Assembly (NCBI GenBank): GCA_963804645.1
Contig: CAWDRG010000002.1
Location: 96,001 to 160,000, forward strand
Direction: 5' to 3'
Length of the DNA: 64,000 bases
From: an uncultured Bacillota bacterium
GTDB lineage: Bacteria > Sysuimicrobiota > Sysuimicrobiia > Sysuimicrobiales > Segetimicrobiaceae
Shown: positions 46,451 through 56,727 of the stretch, in pieces
Position numbering within the stretch: position 1 is the first letter of the stretch
Layout: each line of letters begins with the position of its first letter
The notes under the pieces: model-generated
The model's database searches: none
What the model was told of the DNA's origin: nothing
Seen by the model: only the letters and a program-made list of their open reading frames with translations
Program-made: the position numbers and the translations under genes

Positions 46451-47497
46451 TCAGTCAGCGGAACTGCCTTCGGAAGACGTCGCCGGCACCGCCAGGCGTC
46501 CGACCTCCTCGCGGATCGCCGCGACCATCCCCGCGCGGACCGTGTCCACGGCCAGCGCCACGGCGGCGCGCATCGCCTTCGCCCTCGAGCTGCCGTGTCC
46601 GATGATGCACACCCCGTTGACGCCGAGGAGCGGCGCCCCGCCGTATTCGGTATAGTCCATCCGCCGCCGGACCGCGTGCAGTCCCGGCAGGGCCAGGGCC
46701 GCGCCCAGCTTGACGCGCACCGTGCGCCGCAGCTCTTCCCGCAGCAGTGCGAAGATGCCGAGCGCCAGTCCCTCCCCGAACTTCAGCACGACGTTGCCGA
46801 CGAACCCGTCGCAGACCACCACGTCCGCGCTGTGATCGAAGAACTCGCGGCCCTCGACGTTGCCGATAAACCGCAGGCCCGACGCCCGCAGGAGTTCCGC
46901 GGCGCGAATCACGAGCTCGTTCCCTTTCGTCTCCTCGGCGCCGTTGCTGAGCACGCCGACCCGAGGAGACGCTACGCCGAGCACGCGCGCCGCGTACACG
47001 CTCCCCATTACCGCGAACTGCAGCAGGTGTTTCGGCCGGCAGTCGACGTTCGCGCCGACATCCACGAGGATGGCCCGGCCGCGGGTGGTCGGGAGCACCG
47101 CCGCGATCGCGGGCCGATCGATCCCTTCGATCCGTCCGAGGCCCAGGAGCGCGGCCGCCATCGCGGCGCCAGTGTTCCCGGCGCTGACCATCGCGTCGGC
47201 CTCGCCCCGCCGGACGAGTTCCACCGCGACCGGGATCGACGCCCGCCGCTTGCGGCGCAGCGCCATCGCCGGGGCTTCGGCCATGTCGATGACGTCGGGG
47301 GCTTCTTCGATCCGGACGTCCCGCTCGGCTTCGAGCGCGCGGACCTCCGCCTCGAGGATGCGCGTCGGTCCGACCAGGATCACCTCGACGTCAAGGTCCC
47401 GGGCCGCCTGCACCGCGCCCTGGACCACCTCCCGCGGGGCGTGATCGCCGCCCATCGCGTCGACCGCCACGCGCGGCCTGCTCCGCTCGGTGTCCAT
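46451..47497 (-). CDS. plsX: Phosphate acyltransferase PlsX
   Basis: AVDAMGGDHAP, SAGNTGA, DVGAN, CDGFVGN, YGGAPLLG, GHGSS. Confidence 0.95.
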   Translation of the reverse strand: MDTERSRPRVAVDAMGGDHAPREVVQGAVQAARDLDVEVILVGPTRILEAEVRALEAERDVRIEEAPDVIDMAEAPAMALRRKRRASIPVAVELVRRGEADAMVSAGNTGAAMAAALLGLGRIEGIDRPAIAAVLPTTRGRAILVDVGANVDCRPKHLLQFAVMGSVYAARVLGVASPRVGVLSNGAEETKGNELVIRAAELLRASGLRFIGNVEGREFFDHSADVVVCDGFVGNVVLKFGEGLALGIFALLREELRRTVRVKLGAALALPGLHAVRRRMDYTEYGGAPLLGVNGVCIIGHGSSRAKAMRAAVALAVDTVRAGMVAAIREEVGRLAVPATSSEGSSAD

Positions 47498-47517
47498 CCC
47501 GCAGCGGGTCCCGCTCG

Positions 47518-47715
47518 TCAGGCGCCGGACCGTTCCTCGGTCCGCACGTCGATCACCTGGCGGCCCGCATACGAGCCGCACGTCGGGCACACGCGGTGGG
47601 GCCGCATCGGCGCGTGACACTTCGGGCAGTTCACGAGCGTCACGGGGTGCACCTTGAAGTTCGCCCGCCGCTTCGCCGTCCGTGCCTTGCTGAACCGCCG
47701 CTTGGTGAGTCCCAT
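47518..47715 (-). CDS. rpmF: 50S ribosomal protein L32 (zinc-binding form)
   Basis: KRRFSKAR..CPKC...PHRVCPTCGSY. Confidence 0.95.
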   Translation of the reverse strand: MGLTKRRFSKARTAKRRANFKVHPVTLVNCPKCHAPMRPHRVCPTCGSYAGRQVIDVRTEERSGA

Positions 47716-47729
47716 CGGTCACGCTCCTT

Positions 47730-48314
47730 TTATCGGTCCGCGCCGCGCCGCCGCGCGCCGGACTTGCCCGCGCGGTCGCCGCTCCGTCCGCTCCATCCTT
47801 CGAGCGCCTGCAGCCGGGGATCGATCCCCACGGTGTCGCAGCCGCACGTCCCCGCGTTCCGGTCCGCGCCGCATCGCGGGCACAGACCCCGACAGTCCGA
47901 TGAACAGCGCGGGGCGATCGGTAAGGCGAGGACGAGGTGCTGCCGCACGACCTCGGTCAGATCGATCATGTCGCCCGGCTCGATCGGCATCAGAAAGGCC
48001 TCGGGGCCGAGCGGCTCGCCCGACGGCGTGTGCTCGCCGGGGCCGCCGCGGGAGAACTCCTCATCGATGGTGACCTCGAGCGGCTGCTCAAACGGCCGCA
48101 GGCACGCCCCGCACACCAGCGCCACCCGCGTCGCGACGCGCCCGTCGACCCGGATCATCGGACCGGCGCGGCTCAGCACCAGTTCACCGCTCACCGGCTC
48201 GCTGGCCGCCGCGTCCTCGGCGAGCGTTCCCAGCCGCTCGGAGAACGCCACCGCCCGCGCCGTTTCTCGGCCCGCGAGCAGATCCCCGACATACGCGCGC
48301 ACGTCCCACCTCAC
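47730..48314 (-). CDS. yceD: DUF177 / YceD family protein
   Basis: CGACL, IDL, P..PRC..DCRGLCPRCG, C.C, DPRL; lies upstream of rpmF. Start uncertain. Confidence 0.9.
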   Translation of the reverse strand: MRWDVRAYVGDLLAGRETARAVAFSERLGTLAEDAAASEPVSGELVLSRAGPMIRVDGRVATRVALVCGACLRPFEQPLEVTIDEEFSRGGPGEHTPSGEPLGPEAFLMPIEPGDMIDLTEVVRQHLVLALPIAPRCSSDCRGLCPRCGADRNAGTCGCDTVGIDPRLQALEGWSGRSGDRAGKSGARRRGADR

Positions 48315-48352
48315 GCCGCGTGCCCGGGCAGACACCCCGGGCACACCGGTTC

Positions 48353-48382
48353 ATTATACGGAGGCCATTTTCTCGTTGTCAA
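48353..48382 (-). promoter_or_regulatory. Consensus sigma70 promoter for yceD-rpmF-plsX-fab
   Basis: TTGACA-N18-TATAAT, embedded in the 3' end of the upstream gene. Confidence 0.8.
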
Positions 48383-48875
48383 GGCGCGTCGACGTGCTGC
48401 CGCCGCCTGTGCGCTCGCCGAGAATCGCTTTGCCCCGCCGGACCGTCGTCACGACCCGCGAGACCTCGGCGTCGAGCCGCTCGAACACGCCAAGCGCGTA
48501 GACGTCCGCCGACCGGCGCATTTCGTCCGCTTCCCGATTCGCGACCGCGCGGATGTCCCGCGCCTCGCGCTCAGCCTCGCGGACGACGTCCGCGTCGGCG
48601 TTGGCGCGCGTGCGCTCCTGGGCGTCCGCCGTGAGGCGCCGCGCCTCCTCCTGCGCGCGCCGCAGCACCGCGTCGGCCTCCGCCTGCGCCTGGGCGAGCC
48701 GGCCCACCTCCTTGGCCAGCAGCGCGCGCGCTTCGTGCAGGACCTGGCGGGCTTCATCGCGCCGGCCCGAGCCGCCAAGGCCGAACCACGACCCGCGCGA
48801 GTCGAGTAGCGCCTCGAGCCGATCGAGGCAGTGGTCGACGGACGGGGTCGCCGGTCGATCAGTACGTAGGGGCAT
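48354..48875 (-). CDS. Coiled-coil protein, DivIVA-like/SepIVA-like, between coaD and yceD
   Basis: LDRLEALL, A/E/R-rich heptads, ADVYA..F..L..V..V..G; conserved position in this cluster. Confidence 0.75.
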   Translation of the reverse strand: MPLRTDRPATPSVDHCLDRLEALLDSRGSWFGLGGSGRRDEARQVLHEARALLAKEVGRLAQAQAEADAVLRRAQEEARRLTADAQERTRANADADVVREAEREARDIRAVANREADEMRRSADVYALGVFERLDAEVSRVVTTVRRGKAILGERTGGGSTSTRLDNEKMASV

Positions 48876-48881
48876 CCACGC

Positions 48882-49379
48882 TCACCTCGCCTGTGGGTGT
48901 GTCATGCGGTGCAAACGCCTGGCCACGCCGTCGGGCACGAGGCCCGCGACGGAACCGCCAAATCCCGACACCTCGCGAATCAGGGTAGAGCTGAGGTACG
49001 CGAACTCCGGGCTCGTCATCATGAACACCGTCTCGATCTCCGGACGCAGCCGCTTGTTCATCGCCGCCATCTTGAGCTCGAACTCGAAATCCATCATCGC
49101 CCGGAGGCCCTTGACGATGACGCGGGCGCCGATCTGGTACGCAAACTCCACGGTCAGCCCGTCGAACCGCCGCACCTCTACGCGCGCGCGCCGGCCGACC
49201 GCCGCCCGCAGCATCGCGATGCGGTCCTCGACGGGAAACAGCGCCTGCTTCTCCACGTTCGTCGCGACCCCGATCACGACCTGACGGAACATCTCGCGGG
49301 CCCGGAAGATGATGTCGAGATGGCCGTTGTGCACGGGGTCGAAGCTCCCGGGGTACAGCACCGCCCCCGTTCGGATCAT
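48882..49379 (-). CDS. coaD: Phosphopantetheine adenylyltransferase
   Basis: YPGSFDPVHNGH, KGLR..DFEFE, LSSTLIREV. Confidence 0.96.
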   Translation of the reverse strand: MIRTGAVLYPGSFDPVHNGHLDIIFRAREMFRQVVIGVATNVEKQALFPVEDRIAMLRAAVGRRARVEVRRFDGLTVEFAYQIGARVIVKGLRAMMDFEFELKMAAMNKRLRPEIETVFMMTSPEFAYLSSTLIREVSGFGGSVAGLVPDGVARRLHRMTHPQAR

Positions 49380-49936
49380 CACGACCCCTCGGCGGTCTCG
49401 TAGTACCAGACGGCGGTCTCTCCATAGCGGGCCGTCCGGGTGCGGCGGAGCCCCTCGATCTCGCCCGGGTCGTCGCGCCAATGGCCCTCCGCGACCGCGA
49501 CGCCGCCCGGGGCCAGCGCCCCCGACGCAGCGATCGCGCGCAGGGTCCGGCCGCCGAGTTCTTGGCCGTACGGCGGATCGAGCACGATCACATCGAACCG
49601 CGCGCCCGCGGCCGCGAGCGACGCCACCTCCGTCACCGCGTTGGCCCGGCGTACCTGGCCGCGCCCCTCGAGCCGCGCGGCGCGGAGGTTGTCCCGGATC
49701 GCCGCCGCGCTGCGCGCGTCGCGCTCCACGAACACCGCGGTGTCGGCGCCGCGGCTCAGCGCCTCGATGCCGAGCCCACCCGCCCCGGCGAACAGGTCTA
49801 GGACGCGCGCCCGCTCGAGGCGAGGCGCCAGGGCGTTGAACACGGCTTCCTTCACCATATCGGAGGTGGGACGGGTCGCGGCGCGCGACGCGGTCTTGAG
49901 GCGCGTGCCCTTCGCGAGACCGGCGGTGACGCGCAT
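49379..49936 (-). CDS. rsmD: 16S rRNA m2G966 methyltransferase
   Basis: RPTSD.VKEAVFN, LDLFAG.G.LGIEALSRG, LDPPY. Confidence 0.95.
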   Translation of the reverse strand: MRVTAGLAKGTRLKTASRAATRPTSDMVKEAVFNALAPRLERARVLDLFAGAGGLGIEALSRGADTAVFVERDARSAAAIRDNLRAARLEGRGQVRRANAVTEVASLAAAGARFDVIVLDPPYGQELGGRTLRAIAASGALAPGGVAVAEGHWRDDPGEIEGLRRTRTARYGETAVWYYETAEGS

Positions 49937-49939
49937 CGG

Positions 49940-52120
49940 CTACCCCACCCTCGCGTTTTCGGGCTGCGCCGCCCCGAATCGGATGCCCAGCGCCCACGCG
50001 ACGCCCCGGTGCTCCGGGTCCCGCAGCTCCGGGTCCGCGGCGAGCAACTCCGCCCCGTCGTGGCGGGCCCGCTCCAGCCAGACCCGGTCCCGGACGAGGT
50101 TGGCCACCCGCAGGTCGGACATCCCGTGCTGGCGGCGATCGCCGAGCAGCTCGCCGATGCCGCGGAGCTCCAGGTCGCGCTCGGCGATCCGGAAGCCGTC
50201 GGTGGTCTCCAGCATCGCGTCCAGCCGGGCCTGCCCGTCCTCGGTCTTCGGATCGCTGACGAGGATGCACGACGACTGCGCCGTGCCCCGTCCGACGCGG
50301 CCGCGGAGCTGGTGCAGCTGCGAGAGCCCGAAGCGGTCCGCGTCTTCGATCACCATCAGCGTTGCGTTCGGGACATCGATCCCGACCTCGATGACGGTGG
50401 TCGCGACGAGCACCTGCGTGCGCCCCTCCCGGAGCGCCTCCATCGCGCGCTCGCGCTCGTCCACCCTCATCCGCCCGTGCAGCACGTCGACGCGCACCCC
50501 GCGGAGGATCGTGGCGCCGAGGCGCGCCGCGAGCTCGGTCGCCGCCTCGGCCTGGAGGTTGTCCGACTCCTCGATCAGCGGGCAGACCACGTACGCCTGC
50601 CGGCCCTGGGTCACCTGGTCGCGCACGTACTCGTAGATCCGGGGCCGCTGCGCGGTGGGACGCGCGTGCGTACGGACCGGCGAGCGCCCCGGGGGCAGCT
50701 CGTCCAGCACGGACACGTCGAGGTCACCGTACAGCGTGAGGGCGAGCGTGCGCGGGATCGGGGTCGCGGTCATCACGAGCACGTCCGGCCGCTCCCCTTT
50801 GTAGCGCAGCGCGGCACGCTGGGTCACGCCGAACCGGTGCTGCTCGTCGACGACCACGAGCCCCAGGCGTTGAAACGCCACGGCGTCCTCGATGAGCGCG
50901 TGGGTGCCGATGACGATGTCGGCCGCGCCGTCGCGCACCTGCTCGAGCGCCTCCTGCCGCGCCGCCCGGCTGAGCCCGCCGATCAGCAGCACGACGGTGA
51001 CCCCGAGGGGTTCCAGCAGCCGGCGGAGCGTGAGGTAGTGCTGCCCCGCCAGGATCTCGGTGGGCGCCATCAGCGCCCCCTGCGCCCCGCCGCCGACGCA
51101 GCGCAGCAGCGCCGAGGCGGCGACCACGGTCTTGCCGGACCCGACGTCGCCCTGCAGCAGGCGGTTCATGGGATGCCGGCGGTCGAGATCGTGCAGAATC
51201 TCCGTCGTGACCCGGTACTGGGCACCCGTCAGCGTGTACGGGAGGCTGCGCCGGAACCGTTCGACGAGTTCGCGGGCGTCGCCGTAGACCACGCCCCGCG
51301 GCTCCGCCTCCCGCGCCGCCTTCTGCCGCAGGAGCAGGATCTGGAACAGCAGGAGCTCCTCGTACACCAACCGGCGGCGCGCGGCCTGGTAGGCGTCGTC
51401 GCTCTCCGGAAAATGCGCCTGCCGGATCGACGCCGCGAGCTCGGGAAGCGCGTGGCGCGCCCGGAGTGCCGGCGGCAGCCACTCCGGCAGCGCGTCAGCG
51501 TGGTCGTCGAGGGCGCGCGACACGATCGTCCGGAGCGCCCGCTGCGTGAGGCCTTCGGTGCTGGCGTAGACGGGCACGATCCGCCCGACGTGCAGCGTCT
51601 CCTCGCCGGGTTCGATCACCTCGAACTCTGGCGCGGCGATCTGCACCTCGCCGCCCTGCCGCTGTACCCGGCCGTGCAGCACGACGCGCGCGCCCGCCGG
51701 GAGCTGGCGCACGATGTACGGCTGGTTGTACCACACGGCGTGGAGGATGCCCGATCCGTCCTGCAGGACCGCTTTAATGATGACGAGGCGGCGTCCCCGC
51801 GGACGGAACTGCCGGACCTGGACGACGGTCGCCTCGACCGTTTCCACCTGGCCGTGCTGGAGATCGTAGATGCGCCGGAGGTGGCTGCGGTCTTCCACGC
51901 GGCGCGGCAGGCGGAAGAGCAGGTCGGTGACGGTCAGGATACCGAGGCGCTTGAGGAGCTCGGCGCGCGCCGGCCCGACGCCGCGAGCGTACTGCACGGG
52001 AGACCCGGGGCCGATCGCCGGCGCGGAGGATGCCGGTTCGCGGGGACGCACCGGCGCGGGAGACGCGGGGGCCGCCTGGCGGGGTGCTGCCAGGGCCCTG
52101 CCCCTGCGTGCGTTCGCCAT
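49940..52120 (-). CDS. recG: ATP-dependent DNA helicase RecG
   Basis: GVGP, wedge domain, RLLQGDVGSGKT, DEQHRFG, TATPIPR, HQLRGRVGR. Confidence 0.96.
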   Translation of the reverse strand: MANARRGRALAAPRQAAPASPAPVRPREPASSAPAIGPGSPVQYARGVGPARAELLKRLGILTVTDLLFRLPRRVEDRSHLRRIYDLQHGQVETVEATVVQVRQFRPRGRRLVIIKAVLQDGSGILHAVWYNQPYIVRQLPAGARVVLHGRVQRQGGEVQIAAPEFEVIEPGEETLHVGRIVPVYASTEGLTQRALRTIVSRALDDHADALPEWLPPALRARHALPELAASIRQAHFPESDDAYQAARRRLVYEELLLFQILLLRQKAAREAEPRGVVYGDARELVERFRRSLPYTLTGAQYRVTTEILHDLDRRHPMNRLLQGDVGSGKTVVAASALLRCVGGGAQGALMAPTEILAGQHYLTLRRLLEPLGVTVVLLIGGLSRAARQEALEQVRDGAADIVIGTHALIEDAVAFQRLGLVVVDEQHRFGVTQRAALRYKGERPDVLVMTATPIPRTLALTLYGDLDVSVLDELPPGRSPVRTHARPTAQRPRIYEYVRDQVTQGRQAYVVCPLIEESDNLQAEAATELAARLGATILRGVRVDVLHGRMRVDERERAMEALREGRTQVLVATTVIEVGIDVPNATLMVIEDADRFGLSQLHQLRGRVGRGTAQSSCILVSDPKTEDGQARLDAMLETTDGFRIAERDLELRGIGELLGDRRQHGMSDLRVANLVRDRVWLERARHDGAELLAADPELRDPEHRGVAWALGIRFGAAQPENARVG

Positions 52121-52211
52121 GCCGCCCGCCTCCTGCGTCGAAGTGCGCCGTCTCTCCGGGGCGTGCCTGGCCGGATGCGCCTTATCGAAAGACAGTTCTA
52201 CACCGCCACCG

Positions 52212-52241
52212 TTGCCCCTGCTCGCGGTCCTGTGGTACACT
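52212..52241 (+). promoter_or_regulatory. Promoter of rpmB
   Basis: TTGCCC-N18-TACACT with TGn extension; SD GGAGG downstream. Confidence 0.55.
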
Positions 52242-52274
52242 CATCTTCGGCATACTTAAACGGAGGACACCCTG

Positions 52275-52466
52275 ATGGCCCGTCGTTGCGCCGTGTGCGG
52301 CAAAGAGCCCGTCACCGGCAATCGCGTCAGTCACTCGCACCACAAGACGAAGCGGCGCTTCCTGCCCAACCTGCAGCGCGTCCGGGTGCTCCTGGACGGG
52401 TCGCCCAAGCGGACGCTCGTCTGCACCGCGTGTCTCAAAGCGGGCAAGGTCAAGCGCGTCGCCTGA
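52275..52466 (+). CDS. rpmB: 50S ribosomal protein L28 (zinc-binding form)
   Basis: [30 protein letters not shown]. Confidence 0.96.
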   Translation: MARRCAVCGKEPVTGNRVSHSHHKTKRRFLPNLQRVRVLLDGSPKRTLVCTACLKAGKVKRVA

Positions 52467-52469
52467 GCG

Positions 52470-53369
52470 CTACATCACCCGCGGCGTTCCGGTCCTGAGC
52501 TCGGCGATCAGCGCCTCGACCTCGGGCCGGGCCAGCACGTAGCGGTCCCCGCAGAACCGGCACGTGATTTCGGCCTGCCCTTCCTGCGCGAGCAGCGCCT
52601 CGAGCTCGTCCGGCCCGAGCCCCAGCAGCATCCCCTCCACCCGCTGGCGGGTGCACCGGCAGTGGAACTCCACCGGGCTGACTTCCCCGAACGACGGGGT
52701 CAGCTCGCCGAGCGCGGCGCTGAGAATCTCCTCGGGCGTCCGGCCGTCGGCGATCAGCTGCGTGATCGGCGGCATCCGCCGGGCGCGCGCCTCGAGGTCG
52801 GCCACGACGTCCTCGGAGGCCCCCGGAAGCACCTGCACACAGAGCCCGCCCGCGGCGAGCACCCGGAGATCCGGAGCCACGAGCACCCCCAGCGAGACGA
52901 CCGACGGGAGCTGCTCGGATTTGACGAAGTAGCTCGCCAGATCCTCCGCGATCTCCCCGGACACGAGCGGCGCGGACCCGTGGTAGGGACTCTTGAGCCC
53001 GACGTCCCGGGTCACGTGCAGGGTGCCCTGCCGTCCGACGAGCCCGCCGACGTCGAGCTTGCGGGCGGGCGTCTCCGGCAGATCGGCCTGCGGGTTCACG
53101 GCGTAGCCGCGCACGCGCCCCCGCGCGTCGGCCTGCGCGACGATGGCCCCGATCGGGCCGTCGCCGAGCACGCGCAGCAGCACGGAGTGTCCGTCTTTGA
53201 GCCCGGCCCCGAGCAGCGCGGCCGCGGTCAGGCTGCGCCCGAGCGCCGCGGTGGCCGTGGCCGATGCCGCGTGGCGGATCCGTGCGTCCTCGACGGTCTG
53301 CGTCGTCACGGTCGCGAGCGCCCGGACCTGCTCGCCAGCGGCCGTCCCTCGAATCATATAGTCACCCAT
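52470..53369 (-). CDS. hslO: Redox-regulated chaperone Hsp33
   Basis: GDGPIG, LVSGEIAEDL..YF..SEQ, CRC...CRFC zinc motif. Confidence 0.94.
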   Translation of the reverse strand: MGDYMIRGTAAGEQVRALATVTTQTVEDARIRHAASATATAALGRSLTAAALLGAGLKDGHSVLLRVLGDGPIGAIVAQADARGRVRGYAVNPQADLPETPARKLDVGGLVGRQGTLHVTRDVGLKSPYHGSAPLVSGEIAEDLASYFVKSEQLPSVVSLGVLVAPDLRVLAAGGLCVQVLPGASEDVVADLEARARRMPPITQLIADGRTPEEILSAALGELTPSFGEVSPVEFHCRCTRQRVEGMLLGLGPDELEALLAQEGQAEITCRFCGDRYVLARPEVEALIAELRTGTPRVM

Positions 53370-53379
53370 CGCGTGCCTC

Positions 53380-54180
53380 CTACGTGTCCACCGCGCCGGC
53401 GCCGTGCATCGGGTTCGCGGGCCCGTGCCCGCGGCCGAGCGGCAGCGCCGCCTCGATGGCTTTCGTAATAAACGCCTTTGCCGCGCGCACAGCGTCGGGC
53501 ACCTCGCTCCCCCGGGCGAGATAGGCCGTGATCGCCGCCGAGAACACACAGCCGGTTCCGTGCGTGTTCGCCGTCCAGACGCGCGCGGCGTGCAGCCACG
53601 TGATCGTGCCGCCGTCGTAGAGCACATCCAGCGGCGCGCCCTCGAGGTGCCCGCCCTTCACCACGACCGCGCGCGGTCCCATCGCGGCGATCGCGCGCGC
53701 CGCGTCCTCCATCTCCGCCGCCGTCCGAATCGTCCGGCCGGTGAGGGCTGCGGCCTCGTGGAGGTTCGGCGTGACGACGCGCGCGAGCGGCAGCAGATCC
53801 CGCCGCAGCGTCTCGATCGCGTCCTGCCGGAGGAGCGGCACGCCCGCCTTCGAGATCATGACCGGGTCGACGACCAGGGGGTCGATTCGATTCCGGACGA
53901 TCGCGGCCACGACCGCGTCGATGATCGGCACGCTGCTCAGCATGCCCGTCTTCGCCGCGTCGACGCCGATGTCGGACACGACCGCGTCGATCTGCGCCGC
54001 GACGACGTCTGGCGCGATCTCAGCGATCGCGGTCACCTGCGCCGTGTTCTGCGCCGTGACCGCCGTCACCGCGGTCATGCCGAATACTCCCAAGGCAGAG
54101 AACGTCTTGAGATCGGCCTGTATGCCCGCGCCGCCCCCGGAGTCGGACCCCGCGATCGACAGCGCGCGTGGAATCGGCAT
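53380..54180 (-). CDS. thiD: HMP/HMP-P kinase
   Basis: IAGSDSGGGAGIQADLKT, KTGML, DPVM, TPN, THGTGC. Confidence 0.95.
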   Translation of the reverse strand: MPIPRALSIAGSDSGGGAGIQADLKTFSALGVFGMTAVTAVTAQNTAQVTAIAEIAPDVVAAQIDAVVSDIGVDAAKTGMLSSVPIIDAVVAAIVRNRIDPLVVDPVMISKAGVPLLRQDAIETLRRDLLPLARVVTPNLHEAAALTGRTIRTAAEMEDAARAIAAMGPRAVVVKGGHLEGAPLDVLYDGGTITWLHAARVWTANTHGTGCVFSAAITAYLARGSEVPDAVRAAKAFITKAIEAALPLGRGHGPANPMHGAGAVDT

Positions 54181-54219
54181 CGATGTCCCCTCTTCGACGG
54201 TCAGCCGGCCGCCGCCCGT

Positions 54220-55266
54220 TTATCTCGATCGCGCGAGGTGATCCCACCCGGCAGCCGCGAGCGGTCGGCGCCGCCCGCCGGCCCCGAGAATCCACCGCCC
54301 CGCGTCCAGGGGTACGATGTCGCCGATCCGGGTGACGGGGATGCCCGCGGTCCGCGCGACACTGGAGGCGAGCCGGGCAAACGCGGGGCGGGCCGTGAAC
54401 AACAGCTCGTAGTCCTCGCCCCCGCCGAGCGCCCACGCGAGCGGGTCGCGCCCCGCCGCGTGCGCGGCCGCCGCGAGGCCGTCGGGGAGCGGCAGGCGCG
54501 TTTCGTCGAGCAGCACGCCGACCCCCGAGGCGTCGGCCAGGTGCAGCGCGTCGGCGGCGGTGCCATCGCTCGTGTCGAGCGCCGCCGTCACGGCGCGGAG
54601 CTTCGCGAGCGCCCGGCCCGCCGCGAGCCGCGGACTGGGCCGCCGGTACGCGGCCCTCAGCGCGGCCGCGCCGCGCGTGCGCAGCGCCGGGCGGGACGCC
54701 AGAAACAGCCCGGCCGCGGCCTTGCCGGCCGTCCCGGTCATCCAGAGGCCGTCGCCCGGCCTCGCGCCGTCCCGTTCGAGGACCCGTCCCGCCTCCCCGA
54801 GGAGCGTCACGTCCACCACGACGCCGCCGGGGCTGCGGGAAACGTTGCCGCCCACCACCGACACCCGGTGCGCGCGGGCGGCCGCCGCGAGCCCGCGGTA
54901 GATCCCGTCGACGACGCGCACCGGCGTCTCGGGACGCACGAGGAGCGAGACGAGCGCGTAGCGCGGCGTGCCGCCCATCGCCGCGACGTCGCTGAGGTTC
55001 ACCGCGAGGGCGCGCCATCCAACGTCCGCGGGACGCGCGAGGTCGAAGCGGAAGTGCACGCCCTCCACCTGGACGTCGCACGTCGCCACGGCGCGGCCGT
55101 GAAACTCCAGCACCGCGGCGTCGTCGCCGATTCCGAGCACCACGCCGGGGCCCGTCGTCGGCACGAGCGTCGTCAGGCGCGCGATCAGCCCGAACTCTCC
55201 GAGCTCCGCGACTGTCCGCGTCCGGCCGCCGCGCCCCGCGCGGCTACCGCGCGAGCGCGGCATCAA
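54220..55266 (-). CDS. thiL: Thiamine-monophosphate kinase
   Basis: GEFGLI, GIGDDAA, NLSDVAAMGG, DTSDG, GGEDYEL. Confidence 0.93.
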   Translation of the reverse strand: MMPRSRGSRAGRGGRTRTVAELGEFGLIARLTTLVPTTGPGVVLGIGDDAAVLEFHGRAVATCDVQVEGVHFRFDLARPADVGWRALAVNLSDVAAMGGTPRYALVSLLVRPETPVRVVDGIYRGLAAAARAHRVSVVGGNVSRSPGGVVVDVTLLGEAGRVLERDGARPGDGLWMTGTAGKAAAGLFLASRPALRTRGAAALRAAYRRPSPRLAAGRALAKLRAVTAALDTSDGTAADALHLADASGVGVLLDETRLPLPDGLAAAAHAAGRDPLAWALGGGEDYELLFTARPAFARLASSVARTAGIPVTRIGDIVPLDAGRWILGAGGRRRPLAAAGWDHLARSR

Positions 55267-55894
55267 CCTCGTCCCGCAGCCGTCGCGTCGCCGCGACCAT
55301 GTCGTCGGCGAGCGTCACCGCGGTGATCACGGCCACCCCCGCCGCCCCGGCGCGGATGGTCGCCGCGGCGGTGTCGCGCGTGATGCCCCCGATCGCGACG
55401 ATCGGCAGCGCCGACGCGCGGCGCACGGCACCGATCCGCTCGAGCCCGACTGGCGCCCCCGCGTCCGCCTTCGTCGCCGTGGCGTAGATGGCCCCGACGC
55501 CGAGATAGTCGGCCCCGTCGCGCTCCGCCGCGGCGGCCTCCTCCGGGGTCGCGGCGGAGACGCCGAGCAGCGGTCCCGGCCCCAGGATCGCGCGCGCGGC
55601 CGCCGCCGGCAGATCGTCCTGCCCGACGTGCACGCCGTCCGCGCCACAGGCGAGCGCAAGATCCACGCGGTCGTTGAGCATCAGCGCCACGCCCGCGGCC
55701 CGGCAGGTCGCGGCGAGCGCGCGCGCGGTCTCCGCGATCACCCGCGCCGTCTCGTGCTTCATCCGGAGCTGGACCGCCGTGGCACCGCCGCGGACGGCGG
55801 CCTCCGCGATCTCGAGATGCGAGCGGCCGCGGGACCGTGCCGCGTCGGTAATCACGACCACGCGCCAGTCGCCGCGCCCGCGCGTGACCGTCAT
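55244..55894 (-). CDS. thiE: Thiamine-phosphate synthase
   Basis: [28 protein letters not shown]. Confidence 0.92.
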   Translation of the reverse strand: MTVTRGRGDWRVVVITDAARSRGRSHLEIAEAAVRGGATAVQLRMKHETARVIAETARALAATCRAAGVALMLNDRVDLALACGADGVHVGQDDLPAAAARAILGPGPLLGVSAATPEEAAAAERDGADYLGVGAIYATATKADAGAPVGLERIGAVRRASALPIVAIGGITRDTAAATIRAGAAGVAVITAVTLADDMVAATRRLRDEVDAALAR

Positions 55895-56724
55895 GAGTGC
55901 CGCGCCGGGTCCGTCGGCGGTGTCGCGGCGCCCTCGATCCGGCCGGCCATCGGGCTCGTCGGCTCGGCCAGCATGCGGCGCGGCATCCGGCCGGCCAGAA
56001 ACGCGTCGCGGCCGGCGTACGCCGCATGGCAGACCGCGCGGGCCATCCGCACCGGATCCTGCGCGCGCGCGATCGCCGAGTTCAGCAGCACCGCGTCGCA
56101 GCCCAGTTCGAAGACGATCGCCACATCCGACGCGGTCCCCACGCCCGCGTCCACCACGACCGGGACGCGCACGCGGCTGCGGATCAACTGGATGTTGTGC
56201 GGGTTGCGGATGCCGAGCCCGGACCCGATCGGCGCGGCCAGCGGCATGATCGCGGCACACCCGGCGTCTTCGAGCTTCTGCGCGGTGACCGGGTCGTCGT
56301 TCGTGTACGGCAGCACGACGAAGCCCGCGCGCACGAGGGTCCTCGCGGCGTCGAGCAGCTGCACCACATCCGGCAGCAGCGTCTCATCGTCGGCGATCAG
56401 TTCCAGCTTGATCAGGGACGTGCCGAGCGCCTCCCGGGCGAGCTCGGCCGTCAGCACGGCGTCCTTGACCGTGTAGCAGCCCGCGGTGTTCGGCAAGATG
56501 CGGTAGCCGCGGTCCGCGAGGACCCGGTACAGGTTTTCCTGGCCGGGCCCGGGGCTGACCCGCCGCAGCGCGACCGTGACCATCTCGGTGCCGGACGCGG
56601 CGAGTGCGTCGAGCATCACCTGCACGCTCGGATACCGTGCGGTCCCGACGAGCAGACGGGATCGCAACGTGATCCCCCCAAGATCCCACCGGTCCGCTTC
56701 CAGCTCCATCCGCCTCTCCTCCAT
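55891..56724 (-). CDS. thiG: Thiazole synthase
   Basis: SRLLVGT, LPNTAGC, IKLE, MPL..PIGSG.G, DAGVG. Confidence 0.95.
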   Translation of the reverse strand: MEERRMELEADRWDLGGITLRSRLLVGTARYPSVQVMLDALAASGTEMVTVALRRVSPGPGQENLYRVLADRGYRILPNTAGCYTVKDAVLTAELAREALGTSLIKLELIADDETLLPDVVQLLDAARTLVRAGFVVLPYTNDDPVTAQKLEDAGCAAIMPLAAPIGSGLGIRNPHNIQLIRSRVRVPVVVDAGVGTASDVAIVFELGCDAVLLNSAIARAQDPVRMARAVCHAAYAGRDAFLAGRMPRRMLAEPTSPMAGRIEGAATPPTDPARHS

Positions 56725-56727
56725 AGG

